Positions 14,401-27,566 of a stretch of 64,000 nt of DNA are shown here, one piece after another. How positions within the stretch are numbered: the stretch's first letter is position 1; the number at the start of each line of letters is the position of its first letter. Made by a program: the position numbers and the translations under genes. The DNA is taken from positions 191,496-255,495 of the forward strand of contig MU053416.1 of assembly GCA_013239625.1 (NCBI GenBank), in the 5' to 3' direction. Source of the stretch: Lama guanicoe (lineage: Eukaryota). Under the pieces are notes generated by a model, which saw only the letters and a list, made by a program, of their open reading frames with translations, did not search any database and was not told the origin of the DNA.

Positions 14401-17022
14401 GATCAGGGAGGAAATAAATAAAATAGAGAGTAAAAAAAAAAAAAGAAAATAATCAATCAAACCAAAAGCTAGTTTTTTGAAAGAGTAAATAAAATCGACA
14501 AACCTCTGGCCAAACTCACAAAGAAGAAAAAAGAGAGAGCACAAATTTGCAAAATAAGAAAGGAAAATGGAGAAATTTCAACAAATAACATAGAAATACA
14601 GAATATTATATGAGAATATCATGAAAAACTACATGGAATAAAATGGATAACCTAGAGGAGATGGACAAGTTTCTGGAAACATACAGTCCACCAAGACTGA
14701 ATCAAGAAGAAACTGACCACTTGAGCAAACCGATCACTAGGAATGAAATCAAATTAACAATAAAACGCTCCGTACAAATAAAAGTCCAGGACTGGACAGC
14801 TTCACCGGGGAATTCTACCACACATACAAAGAACTCATACCAGTCCTTCTCAAACTCTTCCAGAAGATTGAAAAGAAGGAATATTCTCAAACTCATTCTA
14901 TGAAGCCACCATCACCCTGATAACAAAAACAGGCAAAGCCACCACCAGAAAAGAGAATTACAGACCAATATCACTGATGAACACAGATGCAAAAAGTCCT
15001 TACCAGAATACTAGCAAATAGAATCCAACAGCACATAAAAAGATTATACATCATGCTCAAATGGGGTTCATCTCAGGGACACAAGGGTGGCTCAACATAT
15101 GCAAATTAATCAATGTAATAATTCACATCAACAAGAGAAAGGACAAAAACCACATGATCATCTCAATAGATGCAGGAAAGATTTTGATAAAATTCAATAA
15201 CCATTTATGATAAAAATTCTCAACAAAGTGGGTATTAAGGAAACATATCTCAACATCATAAAAGCTATATATGACAAACCTACAGCCAGCATAGCACTCA
15301 ATGGTGAAAAACTCAAAAGCTTCCCACTAAAATCTGGCACAAGACAAGAATGCCCACTATCACCACTCCTATTCAACATAGACTTGGAAGTCCTGGCCAC
15401 AGCAATCAGGCAAGTAATAGAAGTAAAAGTGGTCTAAATTGGAAAAGAAGAGGTAAAAGTGTCACTATATGCTGATGACATGATACTATACATAGAAAAC
15501 CCTAAAAGGTCCACACAAAAACTACTAGAGCTGATCGAAGAATTTAGCATGGTAGCAGGTTATAAGATTAATGTTCAAAAATCAGTTGCATTTCTTTACA
15601 CTAATGATGAATCAACAGAAAAAAAGTAAAGAAACAATCCCCTTTAAAATAGCACCCAAAGTAATAAAATAGCTAGGAATAAATCTAACCACAGAGGTGA
15701 GAAAATTATACACAGAAAACTATAAACCATTGGTGAAGGAAATTAAGGAAGACTTTATAAAATAGAAAGGTATCCCATGCTCTTGGATTGGAAGAATCAA
15801 TATTGGTAAAATGGTCACACTGCCCAAGGCAATCTACAGATTTAATGCAATCCCTATCAAATTACCCCAGACATATTTCATAGAACTAGAACAAATCACA
15901 ATAAAATGTATATGGAATCATCAAAGACATAGAATTTCCAGGGCATTACTGAAGAAAAAAAGAAAGAAGCTGGAGGAATAACTCTCCCAGACTTCAGAAA
16001 ATACTGTAGAGTTACACTCATCAAGACAGCATGGTATTGGTACAAAAACAGATATATAGACCAATGGAACAGAATAGAAAGCCCAGAAATGAACCCACAA
16101 ACTTTTGGTCAACTAATCTTTGACAAAGAAGGCAAGAATATACAATGGAATAAAGACAGTCTCTTCAGCAAGATAAACATAAGACAAGATACAATAAACC
16201 TCCAGGAAGAAAATACAGGCAAAATATCTGACACACATCTCAGAAATGTTCCCCTAGGGCAGTCTACCCAAGCAATGGAAATAAAAGCAAGAATAAACAA
16301 ATGGGACCTAATGAAACTTACAAGCTTCTGGACAGCAGAGGACACCATAAGTAAAACAAAAAGACAACCTACAGAATGGGAGAACATTTTTGCAAATGAA
16401 ACTGACAAAGGCTTGATCTCCAGAATATATAAGCAGCTCATATGACTTAATAAGAAACAACCAAATAACCCAATCCAAAAATGGGCAGAAGACCTAAACA
16501 AGCAATTCTCCAAGGAAGACATACAAATGATCAATGGGCACATGAAAAAATGCTGAATATCACTAATTATCAGAGAAATGCAAATCAAAAGTACAATGAG
16601 GTATCACCTCAAACCATCATTCAAAAATCCACAAATGACAAATGCTGGAGAGGCTGTGGGGAAAGGGGAACCTCCTACACTTCTGGTGGGAATGCAGTTT
16701 GGTGCAGCCACTGTGGAAAACAGTATTGAGTTTCCTCAAAAGACTAGGAATAGACTTGCCATATGACCCAGGAATCCCGCTCCTGGGCATATATCCTGAA
16801 GGAACCCTACTTCAAAAAGACACCTGCACCCCAATGTTCATAGCAGCACTATTTACAATAGCCAAGACATGGAGTCAGCCTAAATGTCCATCACCGGATG
16901 ACTGGCTAAAGAAGTGGTATATTTATATAATGGAATACTACTTGGCCACAAAAACTGACAATATAAGGCCATTTGCAGCAACATGGATGCTCCTGGAGAA
17001 TGTCATTCTAAGTGAAGTAAGC
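11411..17022 (+). mobile_element. Younger near-full-length L1 (5' UTR part, ORF1, spacer, ORF2), disabled and lacking its 3' end
   Basis: ORF1 about 12074-12972 (RLDNAEERISDLEDR, NIRNLWDNIKHANLCIIGVPE, RPTPRQIIIKM). ORF2 from about 13386 with EN, RT ([15 protein letters not shown]; tatgctgatgac = YADD) and C-terminal motifs. It stops abruptly at ...ILSEVS (17022) with no 3' UTR or poly(A). Multiple stops and frameshifts. Confidence 0.93.
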
Positions 17023-17050
17023 ACGGTAACAAGGAATAAAGAGAAGTTAC

Positions 17051-17185
17051 CTCCAGGTAAAATTATTTTGATTAAAATATCCATACAGAAAGCAAGTCAC
17101 CCCCACGACTGCTGCCAGGAGGAGCATCTGAGTGTAATAGCCCAGCCACGCAAAGTAGATTCCGACCTTCTCTCAGTAGAATTTA
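17051..17185 (-). pseudogene. ANO6: ANO6 exon 8 copy (first transmembrane helix), disabled
   Basis: Translates [44 protein letters not shown] vs human [45 protein letters not shown]. 135 nt; donor gtaact intact; acceptor AG mutated to AA; GGA>TGA stop. Confidence 0.93.
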
Positions 17186-17255
17186 TTGCAGAAAGACAGA
17201 AAGTAGTTTCAGAAGACACACATAATCACTCTGTGGCTTCATCCTCATGTTAATT

Positions 17256-17386
17256 TCTTTTTCTTTGTTTTTTTGTGGGGGCATAATTAGGTTTATTTAC
17301 TTGTTTTTTAAATGGAGGCATTGGGGGTTGAACCCAGGACCTCATGCATGCTAGGCATGCACTCTACCACTGAGCTATACTCTTCC
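17256..17386 (-). mobile_element. tRNA-derived SINE (camelid Vic-1-like)
   Basis: Reverse complement reads ...gtatagctcagtggtagagtgcatgcctagcatgcatgaggtcctgggttcaaccccc with an A-rich tail. Approximate TSD tcat(g/a)ttaatttct. Confidence 0.8.
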
Positions 17387-19845
17387 TGCATCATATTAAT
17401 TTCTGATTCTAAATCAAGGGGGCTTTAAGTTTAAACCTCTGACTCAATTCACACTTAAAACGTATGTGTTTTCATAGCAGCCCCCAAATTCTACCGTGAA
17501 ATAAGAAGTATTTTATGTGTCATAGAAGTACAGATCACTGGTTCACCTGCTGAAGAGAGATAAATGAGAACAGAGCAAAGGAGGGAACAAGGCTAACTCC
17601 AGAGCAAATGCAGGGGATCATCATCACTCATTTGACAGTCTGGCACATTCAACAAATCCCCTCAAAGATCATTCTTAACAGGCTTGACACAAGTGGACAT
17701 CAACAACTGGCTCAGTCATCTCCTCCTGCCTTATCTCGGGAACTTCCCTGGAGCAAATGCATCGTAAACCACAGATAATAAGGAAATGGCTGATAATGAT
17801 AACAACTGGGAGTGCAATATCTCTCTGACAAAATATTTATAAAACTCATTGTGGGAATGGGAGAGGGCAGGAGGGATGTGGCTGAGTAAGGTACTGCCCT
17901 GTATTCTTTGTATACTGCCCTGTATGTATCTAGCACGACTGTTGTTCCTAGGTTTTAAAAACTCTTCAATGTTTCTCAGTTAATCTGGAGTAGATGGAAC
18001 AGGCCAGGGAGGCAAGATTAGAAGAAAGGAGGCAGGGCATGAAACAGTGCCAGGCTGGTCCTGAAAGGGAGAAAGATACAGACAGGCAGACACAGAGGGT
18101 TTAGGGATGAGGCGGAACAATGAGACGGCTGCTCAGGTGTGTCTTGCTGTTGCTGATACTTCCCTCAACTGGCTCACTGCTGACTCGGCAGTGCTGGGTA
18201 AAACCTGTGGATTTCCTCAGCTCTGAGTTCTCTCTGAGGCTTCCGGCTCAGTCTGGAGCTGAGATGAGCTCCGTAGGCTTAGCCTAGGGGGAACTCCGCT
18301 CTGAGAACAGCCTACAGTCCTGGGAAACATCACGCAGGAACCCCCTTGGGCTGGACCAGCGCTCACAGGGCTGCTGTGAGACCAGCTCCATCGTCAGAGA
18401 CCTGGGCGTGGACCATTCCATGGGGAAAAGGGCTGAGCCTGATGCCAAATCAGATAGGAGGGACAAAGTGTGTTCACTCTCATGTGACTGGGCTTTGTGG
18501 CCTGGCTCACGGATGGCAGGCTCAGGATGATGTCTGGCAGAGAAAACCCTGGCAATGGGTTTGAGATGTCTTGGACTCTTACTTGTTAAGTTTTTGTAAC
18601 ACATTCTTATCAACTATCCGTCCTGAAAATGCCACATTCAAAACTGAAAGAATGTTAGAAGATTCCTGCTCCAGCTGCCCAATGGTAAGCACACCCTGCT
18701 ACAGTTAGAGAGCTGGTCAGGCAGCCTCTGCCTGGATGTTTACAGTGATGGGGAGTTCATTACTTCTAAAGGTTACATGTCGGCAAGAAGGTCAGAAAGA
18801 ATTTTTGAACCTTAAACAGATGCCTGCCTCCTAGTCCTTGCTGAAATGCTAGGAATAATGAGGATCCCTTCAAATGTAGTTTTGTCTAATTGTTATCTCT
18901 CTCTGTCAAAAACACCCCAATTCTTAACATCAATTTTTCAAAATTCAGCTTTGATTTCCTTTTATCAAATTTATACCACACATTCATTAAATAGTCAAAC
19001 CGTTCTCGAAAACCGATTGTAAAAAGGAGCAGTTCCCAACAAACGCCCCATTTCCTGGCCAGAAGCAACCACGTTCAGCTCCTACTGCTGACTTTTAGAA
19101 TAATTACTCCCTATCTCTGACTAATATCCTTGTAACACAGCCTACAGACTTTTTCATCTTTATGTATCACCTATTTAACTTTCTATTTTGGAAAATGAGG
19201 ATTCAGCTCTCTTTCAAACCCCATCTCATCTACACACCCAAACCTTCATTCTCCCAATCTTTTGATACAATTACATTATAATTTTGATCAGCTCAGTATC
19301 CTTGCTTTACATTATTAGGACTGTGTACAGACTGTTCACAACTGTAGCAAGTTGCCTGCTAGGCTTACTTTTTTCTTCCCTACTTTGTTTTTCCTGGAGT
19401 TAATAATTGTCTTGGTGGTTCATAGCTTAGATTTCTGTGCACTTAACAATTCAACCCCAGATCTTCTCCTAATGAATAACGTTCTCAATACTTTACAATA
19501 TATTGTCTACAAATTTCATCTCCTTGAATAAATCTCTTCAGATCTCCTTCAACCTGGATTAATGACATGCTAGTCTAGTCACAGAGCTCAAGGGGCCACT
19601 AGTGGGAAGCAACAAAGGGAACACATGGACCAGGACTAGGGAACAGATCAACATATTTTCCTTAGCAAAACACACTTAAAATAGTGGGAAAATTGTTTTC
19701 TTTACAAACACAAATACACACAAAATTCTCAAAAGCACATAAAGAATTATTAAAGAGCCATCAAACCCATTGCCCTGCCATCAAATACTGTATAACATAA
19801 AACAAAAATAACAGAAGGAAAATATCATAAAAATATGAATCTCAA

Positions 19846-19940
19846 GGGGGATGGGGTAAACTCAGTGGCAGAGTGTGTGCTCAGCAGGCATAATGTCCAA
19901 GATTCAATCTTCAGTACCTCTGTTAGAAAAAAAAATTTAA
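19846..19940 (+). mobile_element. tRNA-derived SINE (diverged)
   Basis: gggg...ctcagtggcagagtgtgtgctcagcaggca...gattcaatcttcagtacctc followed by an A tail. Confidence 0.7.
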
Positions 19941-21679
19941 GAAGAAAAGAAAAATGTATCAACTTTAAATATTTACATATGTACAAACATCTTTTAAAAC
20001 TTTGTTCTACAGGATAACCCTGGTTAATGAGGAAGTGCCTCTTCATGACTGTGATCCTGCTGATAATTGAGGAAGCTAGAGTATGACCACATGAAATAAA
20101 ATCCCTTATGAAATAATGATCCTGGATGACAATCATTATTGGCTGCTGTCATCACAAAATAGAGAGTCAACTGAACATTATGTACCTTATGACAGGAGTC
20201 CAAAACTTCACATAGCAAGTATTCTTGCACAAAGTTGAACCTCAATCAGATCAAGCTTTTAGGGGAGGATCAAATCACTTAGCTAAAGCAAATATATAGA
20301 ATGGAGAACAAGTCTAACACCACAGGGGAGAATGAAATCAGCCAAACAGGAAATAGAGAAACCCCTCAGCAATTTCAAGGAAAATGAGAAACAGGAAAAT
20401 TATAGATTAGAACCCACTTGAGAGATATGCTAGCTGCAATGTCTGAACCTAGTCTGGATCCTGATTTCAACCCCAAAACTACTTAAAAGTGTATTTTTGT
20501 GACAATCAGGAAATTACTTTGTAACCCTAAAAAAAAGGAATATTCCAATTGTATTTGAAAGAGACCTTGTCATTTCACTAATGAAAGGTTAAGCTGTGTA
20601 AGATTGTCTTCAAAATGATCCCGTAGTGGGGGAGGTGAGGAGGTGGAGATGAAAGATGCAACAACAGTGACTCTGAGTTTGTAATTTGTAATTGAGCTGG
20701 GTGACTGATACAGGCAGGCTGGCTGTGCTGTTCTCTCTACTTCTGTACATGGTTGAATATTTCCATAAAATGTGAAACAGACAAAGACTTCAGTGTTTAA
20801 AAACCCTCACTTTGAAGGTTAAGAGGTTTGCCCAAGTAGGTGGGCACCTGCATGGGGCACTGAGATTAGAAAGAACAGGCACCTGGCTCCAGGCCGACCT
20901 GGGGCTACCTTGACCCTCCTCTTCTCCTCACCATCCACAGCCAGACCATAACTGCATCCTGTCAGCTCCAATCCCCAAACGTATTCCTCCCTGGCTTCCA
21001 CCATCTCTCATCTGGCCCACTCCAAGAGCCTTCTACCCGGCCTCCCTGCTTCCTTGGTCCCTGCAATTCATTCTCCACATTATCTTTGCAAAATGTGAGT
21101 GAGAGAAAATTACTTTATTGCTTAAACTATCATGACTGCACTTAGAGTCTACACTCCTTTCCGTGCTCCTGATGCCCTTCTAGACCTCGTGTCTCATCAC
21201 TTTCACCAGTGCTGGCTCCAGTATCTCCTCAAACCTGCTGAGCACATTTGTGCCTCAGGGCCAATGGACAAGCTTCCTCTATTCCTGGGGTGACTTTTCC
21301 CAGATCCTCAAAGTCCAGCCCCCTTATCACCATCTCAGCTCACATGTAACCTACTCAAAGATAGCTTTCTTGACTCCCCCCCAAGTCTCCCATCTCAACA
21401 CTGTGTTATTTCCTTCATTTCAATCTGACATTGTTTCCTTATTTGCCCGATTATTTTTGTTTGCTCGGTTGTCCTTGGCCTCTCTCCCCCCAGCAGCCTT
21501 GCCCAAACAGCATAAGCTCCCTGCGAGCAGCCGGCACTGGTGCTCTGAGAAGACACATGGTGAGCGCGACATTACATTCACGTGGTGTAGTGAAACGGTG
21601 TCGAACAGCAGATACAGCAAAGCAGTGAGAATTTCTCTCTTATTTTATAATTTAAGTGAAATGTAACATTTACTCCCGT

Positions 21680-22095
21680 TTAATGAAGAATTTGGTAGGT
21701 CTTTGTTCCCCGTTCCTGGACAACAACCCCTAAGCCTTGAAATTTCCCAAGGTAGGAGTGACTTTGCTATTCATACTGGACCCTTGGATGGCTTGTGTTC
21801 ATGAGATGACTCAGGATGGGGACTGTCCAGCCAGAGACACCAACCATATGATTAGAGGACTGGGGCTTTGAGCTTTGTGACAAGTGAGGTGCCACCAGGT
21901 GAGGAAGGGGCTCAACAGTTAGGGGTAAGGAAAGGTACGAGTTACAGATAGGGTTTGGGTTAGCCATGTTGGTAGTGACCCGATAAATCATGTCTTTGTA
22001 ATAAAGCCTCCAGTAAAAACTTGGGGCAACAAAGCTCAGAGCTCCTGTGAGCTCCCTGGTTGGTAACACTCTTGGAGGACTGTCACATTCAGATG
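21680..22095 (+). mobile_element. LTR (MER21-like) in ANO6 intron 7
   Basis: Motifs gagatgactcaggatgggg...ccagagacaccaaccatatgattagagg and taataaagcctcca...aaaac resemble MER21/MER77-family LTRs. Confidence 0.55.
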
Positions 22096-22149
22096 ACATG
22101 AGGGCAACCCTGAGCCCTTCCCACTGGAGTGCTCTCCACAGCAGCTCAC

Positions 22150-22264
22150 CTTATGAGATCTAAGGGCTGCTTCTTGTCTATGCTTCAAGGAGGAGCCCAT
22201 TCCCTGTACAGAAGGCCCTGTTCGCTGGGGCAGCTGAGGTCCTCTGACGGAGGCTAAAGTTGCA
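22150..22264 (-). pseudogene. ANO6: ANO6 exon 7 copy, disabled
   Basis: ttccag|TGC...ATAAG|gtgag. Reads CNFS-fs-PSEDLSCPSEQGLLYREWAPP*SIDKKQPLDLIR vs human CKFRRQSEDPSCPNERYLLYREWAHPRSIYKKQPLDLIR. 115 nt instead of 116; CGA>TGA at 22185-22187. Confidence 0.92.
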
Positions 22265-22479
22265 CTGGAAAGCAGAAGCAAACAGGTGAGTGTAACTGTA
22301 ACCATGTGTTCACATGTTCTGTTGATAAAATGTGCTAACACTTCGTGGTCATTTGTAAATAAGGGGCCCTCACTTGCCAGGAGGGATGGAGGTACCATAT
22401 AATTTTTCATAATTCTCACCCAGGATTAATACTAACCCCTTGAGGGTCATTTGCAAACGTGGGTGGAAAGGAATGCTTG

Positions 22480-22620
22480 GATGTTACAGTCCTGGGGCCA
22501 CTGTGGATACCTGGTGAAAGCCTTGCAGATGCTTAATGTCCTACAACTGGGCCAGTCTTCCACAGCAAAAAAACTAGGCCACCCAAGTGCCCAAACTGCT
22601 GCAGTGGAGGGACACCTGGC
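22480..22620. mobile_element. hAT-Charlie MITE fragment (MER20-like)
   Basis: gatgcttaatgtcctacaa...cacagcaaaaaa...ccaagtgcccaa...gagggacacctg resembles MER20. Confidence 0.45.
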
Positions 22621-24019
22621 AGTCCAGTCCCCTCCTTGGACACCCAGAGGAACCTGGACTCTGGCAGGTTAAGGGCAGGGTCAATTCTAAAACCCAGGCT
22701 TTTTTGTCCCCACAATTCAGTAGTTATTCAGTGACAGCACATGGAATATAAACAAAGAAACTTGACATGATGTTATATATTTAGCATACTCCAGAAACAA
22801 AATTTAAATCCAGTCATTCTCCTTCCCACCTGACCTACTTTCCTTTCTCCTGTACTAGAACCAGATTATTACCCAACCAGCCTTAACATGGGTCCTGTCT
22901 CCACTTACCTTCCCCCCAAACACCACATGAGATGATTCCTCAGCCTGGATGTGGGACCAGCAATTACAAGTGGCTTTAGTGGAAAAGAACTGGTTGTGCG
23001 CAGATGCCAACTAAGCACTAGAATCCTGGTGTCCCACATTAGTAATCATGACAGCTGTTTACAAGTGTCCCCAAAGTTCATTTCAGACTCTCACTAATTT
23101 TGCTGGGATATAAATATAAAACATGTGGACAGCCTGGCTGGACTGCTATGCTGGGTCTCTGATCCAGGAAGCTCAGTGTCTGCTCCCCGCACTCAGCTCC
23201 CTGTTCTGTTCATGCATGTGCATCAAGCAGCTGTTTAGTGTCCATTTTAATATCTTAAACAGTGCATTTCAGTATTGTCTTCATCCACAAATACGTGTAC
23301 CACACAGTAGTAACGATCAATCTCAGTCTTTGCTTTCTTTTGTCTTAGAGATTCAGATAAATGGATAGCAAAGATAACAAAGTCATAGAGCGCTATAATA
23401 TAGTGTTTCCTTTATTTCAATGACAGGATTTATTTAAAGAGCTTAGATATAACATCCTTGCATTTATGGCATCATTAAGCATCTGAAGCAGTTACATTTT
23501 AAAAACTTCATTTCATGCGAGATGTTATCAGTTAGAGAATTGTTCCTGAATTTGAGGGGTTGCTGTCATCTCAGACAGAGTCCCTAAAAAACGTCAGCAC
23601 TCTGCAGTATTGCCGTCATGACAAGAACCCAGACAGATGAAATTTGGAAAGCCCGGTGGCTTTCTAGTGAACAGACAGAAGATGGTATTTCAGAGGGAAA
23701 AAGCCTGAATTACAGAAAGTGATAAATGAAATGGTCTAACATGCATTTCCCTTACAAAGAACTAATACTTCTTTGGTTGATAATAACATGTCAGTAATTA
23801 TGAAAAAAGCTGACAGATGCGTAGTACTTAATATTAGCCGGGGCTGTTCTAACATTGACAGATTCATTAATCCCCATAGCAACTCTACGAGGTTGGTACT
23901 ATTATCTCCATTTTATTGATGAGCAAATTGATAAACACAGAGGCTAAATGACTTTTACAAGGTCGACAGCGAGAAACCAGCACAAGTGTTCCAGCCTGAG
24001 TCTACGCTCTTGGCCACTT

Positions 24020-24180
24020 CTCTTTTTTTTTTGGTGGCGGGTAGATAATAAGGTAATTCTGGTCAGTGGTGGGGAGGTAATTAGGGTTATCTTTCTATTT
24101 TAGAGGAGGTGTTGGGGGCTGAACCCAGGACCTTATGCGTGCTAAGCATGCACCCCATCACTTGAGCTGTACCCTCCCCT
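24020..24180 (-). mobile_element. tRNA-derived SINE (Vic-1-like) in ANO6 intron 6
   Basis: Reverse complement ggggagggtacagctcaagtg...gcatgcttagcacgcataaggtcctgggttca; approximate TSD agtcta(c/t)gctctt(g/a)gc. Confidence 0.8.
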
Positions 24181-24458
24181 CTCAAGTCTATGCTCTTAGC
24201 TGCTAATCTGCACTGCCCCACATGGTAACTCTGGGGGAAATACAGTTCATTCATTCACTCATTAAGCTCAGCCTTCCCGGTGCCTGGGATTCAGCAGTGA
24301 ACAAGGCAACATGCTTCCTGCCCTAAATGAGCTTGTCGCCTCCTGACATATTATCTTCATTTTACCCAGGAAGAAACAAGGTCAAGAAGATTAGCCTTTT
24401 CCTGTTAACACCTGAGGAGACATGAGGTGCTTTATTTCATTTCTGCCATTTGACTTAC

Positions 24459-24574
24459 ACCATGGGGAAGGAAAGCTGCCTTGCAGATCCCGGAGCTCAC
24501 AAGCCTGCTAACCCCAAATTTTTTTTAACACTGTCCCTTACTTGATACTTGATCTGAGAAAGGATGATGTAAAC
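24459..24574 (-). pseudogene. ANO6: ANO6 exon 6 copy, frameshifted
   Basis: tttag|GTTTAC...CATGGT|gtaagt. Reads VYIILSQIKYQVRDSVKK-fs-FGVSRLVSSGICKAAFLPHG vs human VYFILSRVKYQVINNVSKFGINRLVNSGIYKAAFPLHD. 116 nt instead of 114 (+2 in the A8 run, plus-strand T 24519-24526). Confidence 0.92.
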
Positions 24575-24798
24575 CTAAACAGATTCTAAGAGAATGTGTG
24601 GTTTATACAGGGTTACTAACCAGCCACTGTTTACTATCCTAATAGGAATCTGTAGGCATATTTCTTTTCTTTCTCTTTTTTCCTTTTTATGGGCAGCTTT
24701 TAAAAACCAAACCAAACCAACCAAACCAAATCACTGATAATTCAACAGCAGGTTCTAAATCACCCCCAAGACAGCAGCTAAACTCGGTTTAGACTTAC

Positions 24799-25085
24799 AA
24801 TGCGGCTTCTGGTGGCTGGATTGAAGAATGTATCTCTATCTTGAATATAAAAGTCATTCACACAGCTCTTCTCAAATAGGGCAATAAAAACTCTTGCTCC
24901 AGCTTGATGATACTTTCATCCACTTGGGGGACTTTCATAAAACAGCTGAAATTATCAAAGGCTGAGGACCGGGTTTTCAGATCATTGGGCTTCAGAGGCA
25001 ATTTTATATGCAGTATCTCAGCATATGTACAGAGCACCTCCCACAGGGTGTGTACTTTTGCAAATACAAGCTTGTCATCCAAAAC
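24799..25085 (-). pseudogene. ANO6: ANO6 exon 5 copy, frameshifted
   Basis: aatatag|GTTTTG...CGCATT|gtaagt. Reads VLDDKLVFAKVHTLWEVLCTYAEILHIKLPLKPNDLKTRSSAF...VDESIIKLEQEF-fs-IALFEKSCVNDFYIQDRDTFFNPATRSRI. 287 nt instead of 288 (-1 at 24886-24890). Confidence 0.95.
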
Positions 25086-25929
25086 CTATATTGGGAGAAT
25101 GAGAACACAAACCAGGAAACTATTTTCACATTTTTAGTACACAGATTTTTCTTTCGTTGCTGGTACTTAAAGCACTTGTGCAAACACACACACGTGACAC
25201 TGGTAAGAGTGAAGATATAATAAAAATAGATTTGCAAATCATCATACATTTTTGCCTTAAAGATAATTTCTTTGTTTAAAATCCTTACAGTTCATTCATA
25301 AAATAACCAATGTTTTAGATGAAGAAAAGCAAACTTGTTAATTTTAGTCCAAATTAGTAACTAAAATTAGAAACACCAAAATATTCTTTACAGTGGTATT
25401 GTAATGACAATTTTTTAAATTTCTGAAACCTAGGGCTATTTACATATCTGTTCAATATAGTGTTAAACAGCCATTAAAAGGGATTTAAAAGAATTATATT
25501 TATTGATATGGAATATATAATAAAAGGAAAAAGCAAAAAAATGTGAAATAATTTTCCTTTTTGGAAGGAAAACATTTGAACAAAAAAATGTTTACAAGGA
25601 TTTTAAGATTCTTTATGTATAATTAAGGTACAGATGATTTTTAATTCCACTGTTCTTTCATTTTGAATTTTGGGGGGTAAATTTTTATAATAAAAAATCT
25701 TTAAAAAGTTTCTTGCATAAATACATTAATAGATATAATTATGACTACACTCTCTGGCTATTAAAAAAGATCTCCTAGTTTTCGATCCAAAACATACATT
25801 CCATAATGCAGATTCTGACTGACTCGCCTCCCAGCCCACAGCGAATGCACGGTTAGGGTGACCTGTTTCAAATATCATTCCAGGTAACATGCAGGCTCCC
25901 AGCCAATGGCTGCAAAGGGACTGACACAC

Positions 25930-25994
25930 TGATCTGGTTGCTCCCAGCTTCAGACCATCACAGATGAAGTTAGATTCATAGGCTCATGTTTTCT
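25930..25994 (-). pseudogene. ANO6: ANO6 exon 4 copy, disabled
   Basis: tttgacag|AGAAAA...AGATCA|gtgtgt. Reads RK-fs-*AYESNFICDGLKLGATRS vs human RKRQAYESNLICHGLQLEATRS. 65 nt instead of 66. Confidence 0.9.
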
Positions 25995-26726
25995 CTGTCA
26001 AAAGAAATCAGAAAATGTTAGGCTTTTACTTTCACCAAGGGAACAAGAAGATGTTTGATTTTTTTATGCAAAAAAATAACAACAAACCAATTTGAACCTG
26101 ATGAAAAGACATTTGCTTAAAACAGCACAGTAGCAATGAAGGTGCTCTGGCTGGCAGGGACTTGTTGGATTCCTGTGAGTGCTGGACTCCTCACATGGAA
26201 TCCCCTTGGCACTCCAGAAGGCCTATGGTTGTCCCCATGGGTTTGTGCCATATGTGGCTCACAAAAGTCTCTGGCTTTGCCACAATTTCAAAGCCTTTTC
26301 TGGCTTATGAAAGGTTTTGCACTCAAGTGGAGTTTTCTTGAGTCCACTCACTGATGTCATTTACCAGATTATAGCCCAGATCTGACATTCTAGACTCTTA
26401 AAATATTGCAGACATTCAAATCGTTCAGGTTTGGATGTGTATTCACCTCTGCAGTCCCGGACCAAATTCGATAAAACCTCCCGGACAAGTTCAGCAAAAT
26501 GCAAAGAAATTTTTCTCTCTACAAGACTGAAATATCTGTGAAGCTATAAAAACTTCTGCATCTACAAAAATAGGGAACCAACTCATCAATAACATATCTA
26601 TCCATAATGCATGGCCATTTAAAAAAATACTGTATTTACTGCTATTAAATTCTATCTGGCTTTTGCCAAATTGTGTCCTAAACTGTAAGGAAAGTATATA
26701 AATGTAGAGAATTTTTGACCTTTTAA

Positions 26727-26995
26727 GAGAAAAAGGAACCCTCCTACTTGGTTGGTGGGAGTGTAAATTGGTGCAGCCACTCTGGAGGACAGTATAGAGG
26801 TTCCTTAAAAAACTAAAAATAGACTTCCATGTGATCCAGCAATCCCATTCATGGGTATATGTCTGGAGGAAAATATAATTCAAAAAGACACATGCACCCC
26901 AATGTTCACAGCAGCACTATTTACAATTGCCAAGACACTGAAACAACCCAAATATTCACTGACAGATGACTGGATAAAGAAGGTGTGGTATATTT

Positions 26996-27027
<32 letters not shown>

Positions 27028-27520
27028 TACATATCTACACACACACACACATATATACACATGCACACACACACACACAATGGAATACTGATCAGCCATA
27101 AAAAATAAAATAATGCCATTTGCAATAACATGGATGGACCTACAGGGTATTATGCTAAGTGAAATAAGTCAGAGAAAGAAAAACAAATATTCTATGTATT
27201 AACTTATATGTATATCTAAAAAATAAAACAAATTAATGACTATAATAAAACAGAAATAGAGTCACAGGTGCACAGAACTGACTGGTGGTTACCAATGGGG
27301 AGAAGGAGGATAGGGGATGCAGGAAGGGGTTAGGGGATTGAGAGGTAAAAAGTACTACGTATAAAATGGATAGGTTACAGGGCTGTATCATACAGCACAG
27401 GGAAATATAGCCATTATTTTATGGTGACTTTAAATGGAATATAATCTATAAAAATGTTGAGCCTCTGTGTTGTACACCTGAAACTAATATGATGTAAATC
27501 AACTACTCAATTACAAAATT
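26727..27520 (+). mobile_element. L1 3' fragment (ORF2 end plus 3' UTR) with internal (TA)n/(CA)n microsatellite
   Basis: [22 protein letters not shown] peptide and an L1MA-type 3' UTR (tgttgtacacctgaaactaatat); microsatellite at about 26995-27078. Confidence 0.85.
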
Positions 27521-27566
27521 TTTAATCAAAGTTTTCTTTTCATATTATTTGCAGTAAGTTTGAAGC

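Noticed and set aside
16642..17253. 203-aa ORF
   Set aside because: L1 ORF2 C-terminus reading through the breakpoint into the antisense strand of ANO6 exon 8; a by-product of the junction, with no evidence of a gene.
17051..25994. The functional ANO6 gene with sequencing errors
   Set aside because: Every exon carries lesions of different types, including nonsense and splice mutations, and no exons before 4 or after 8 were recognised in the window.
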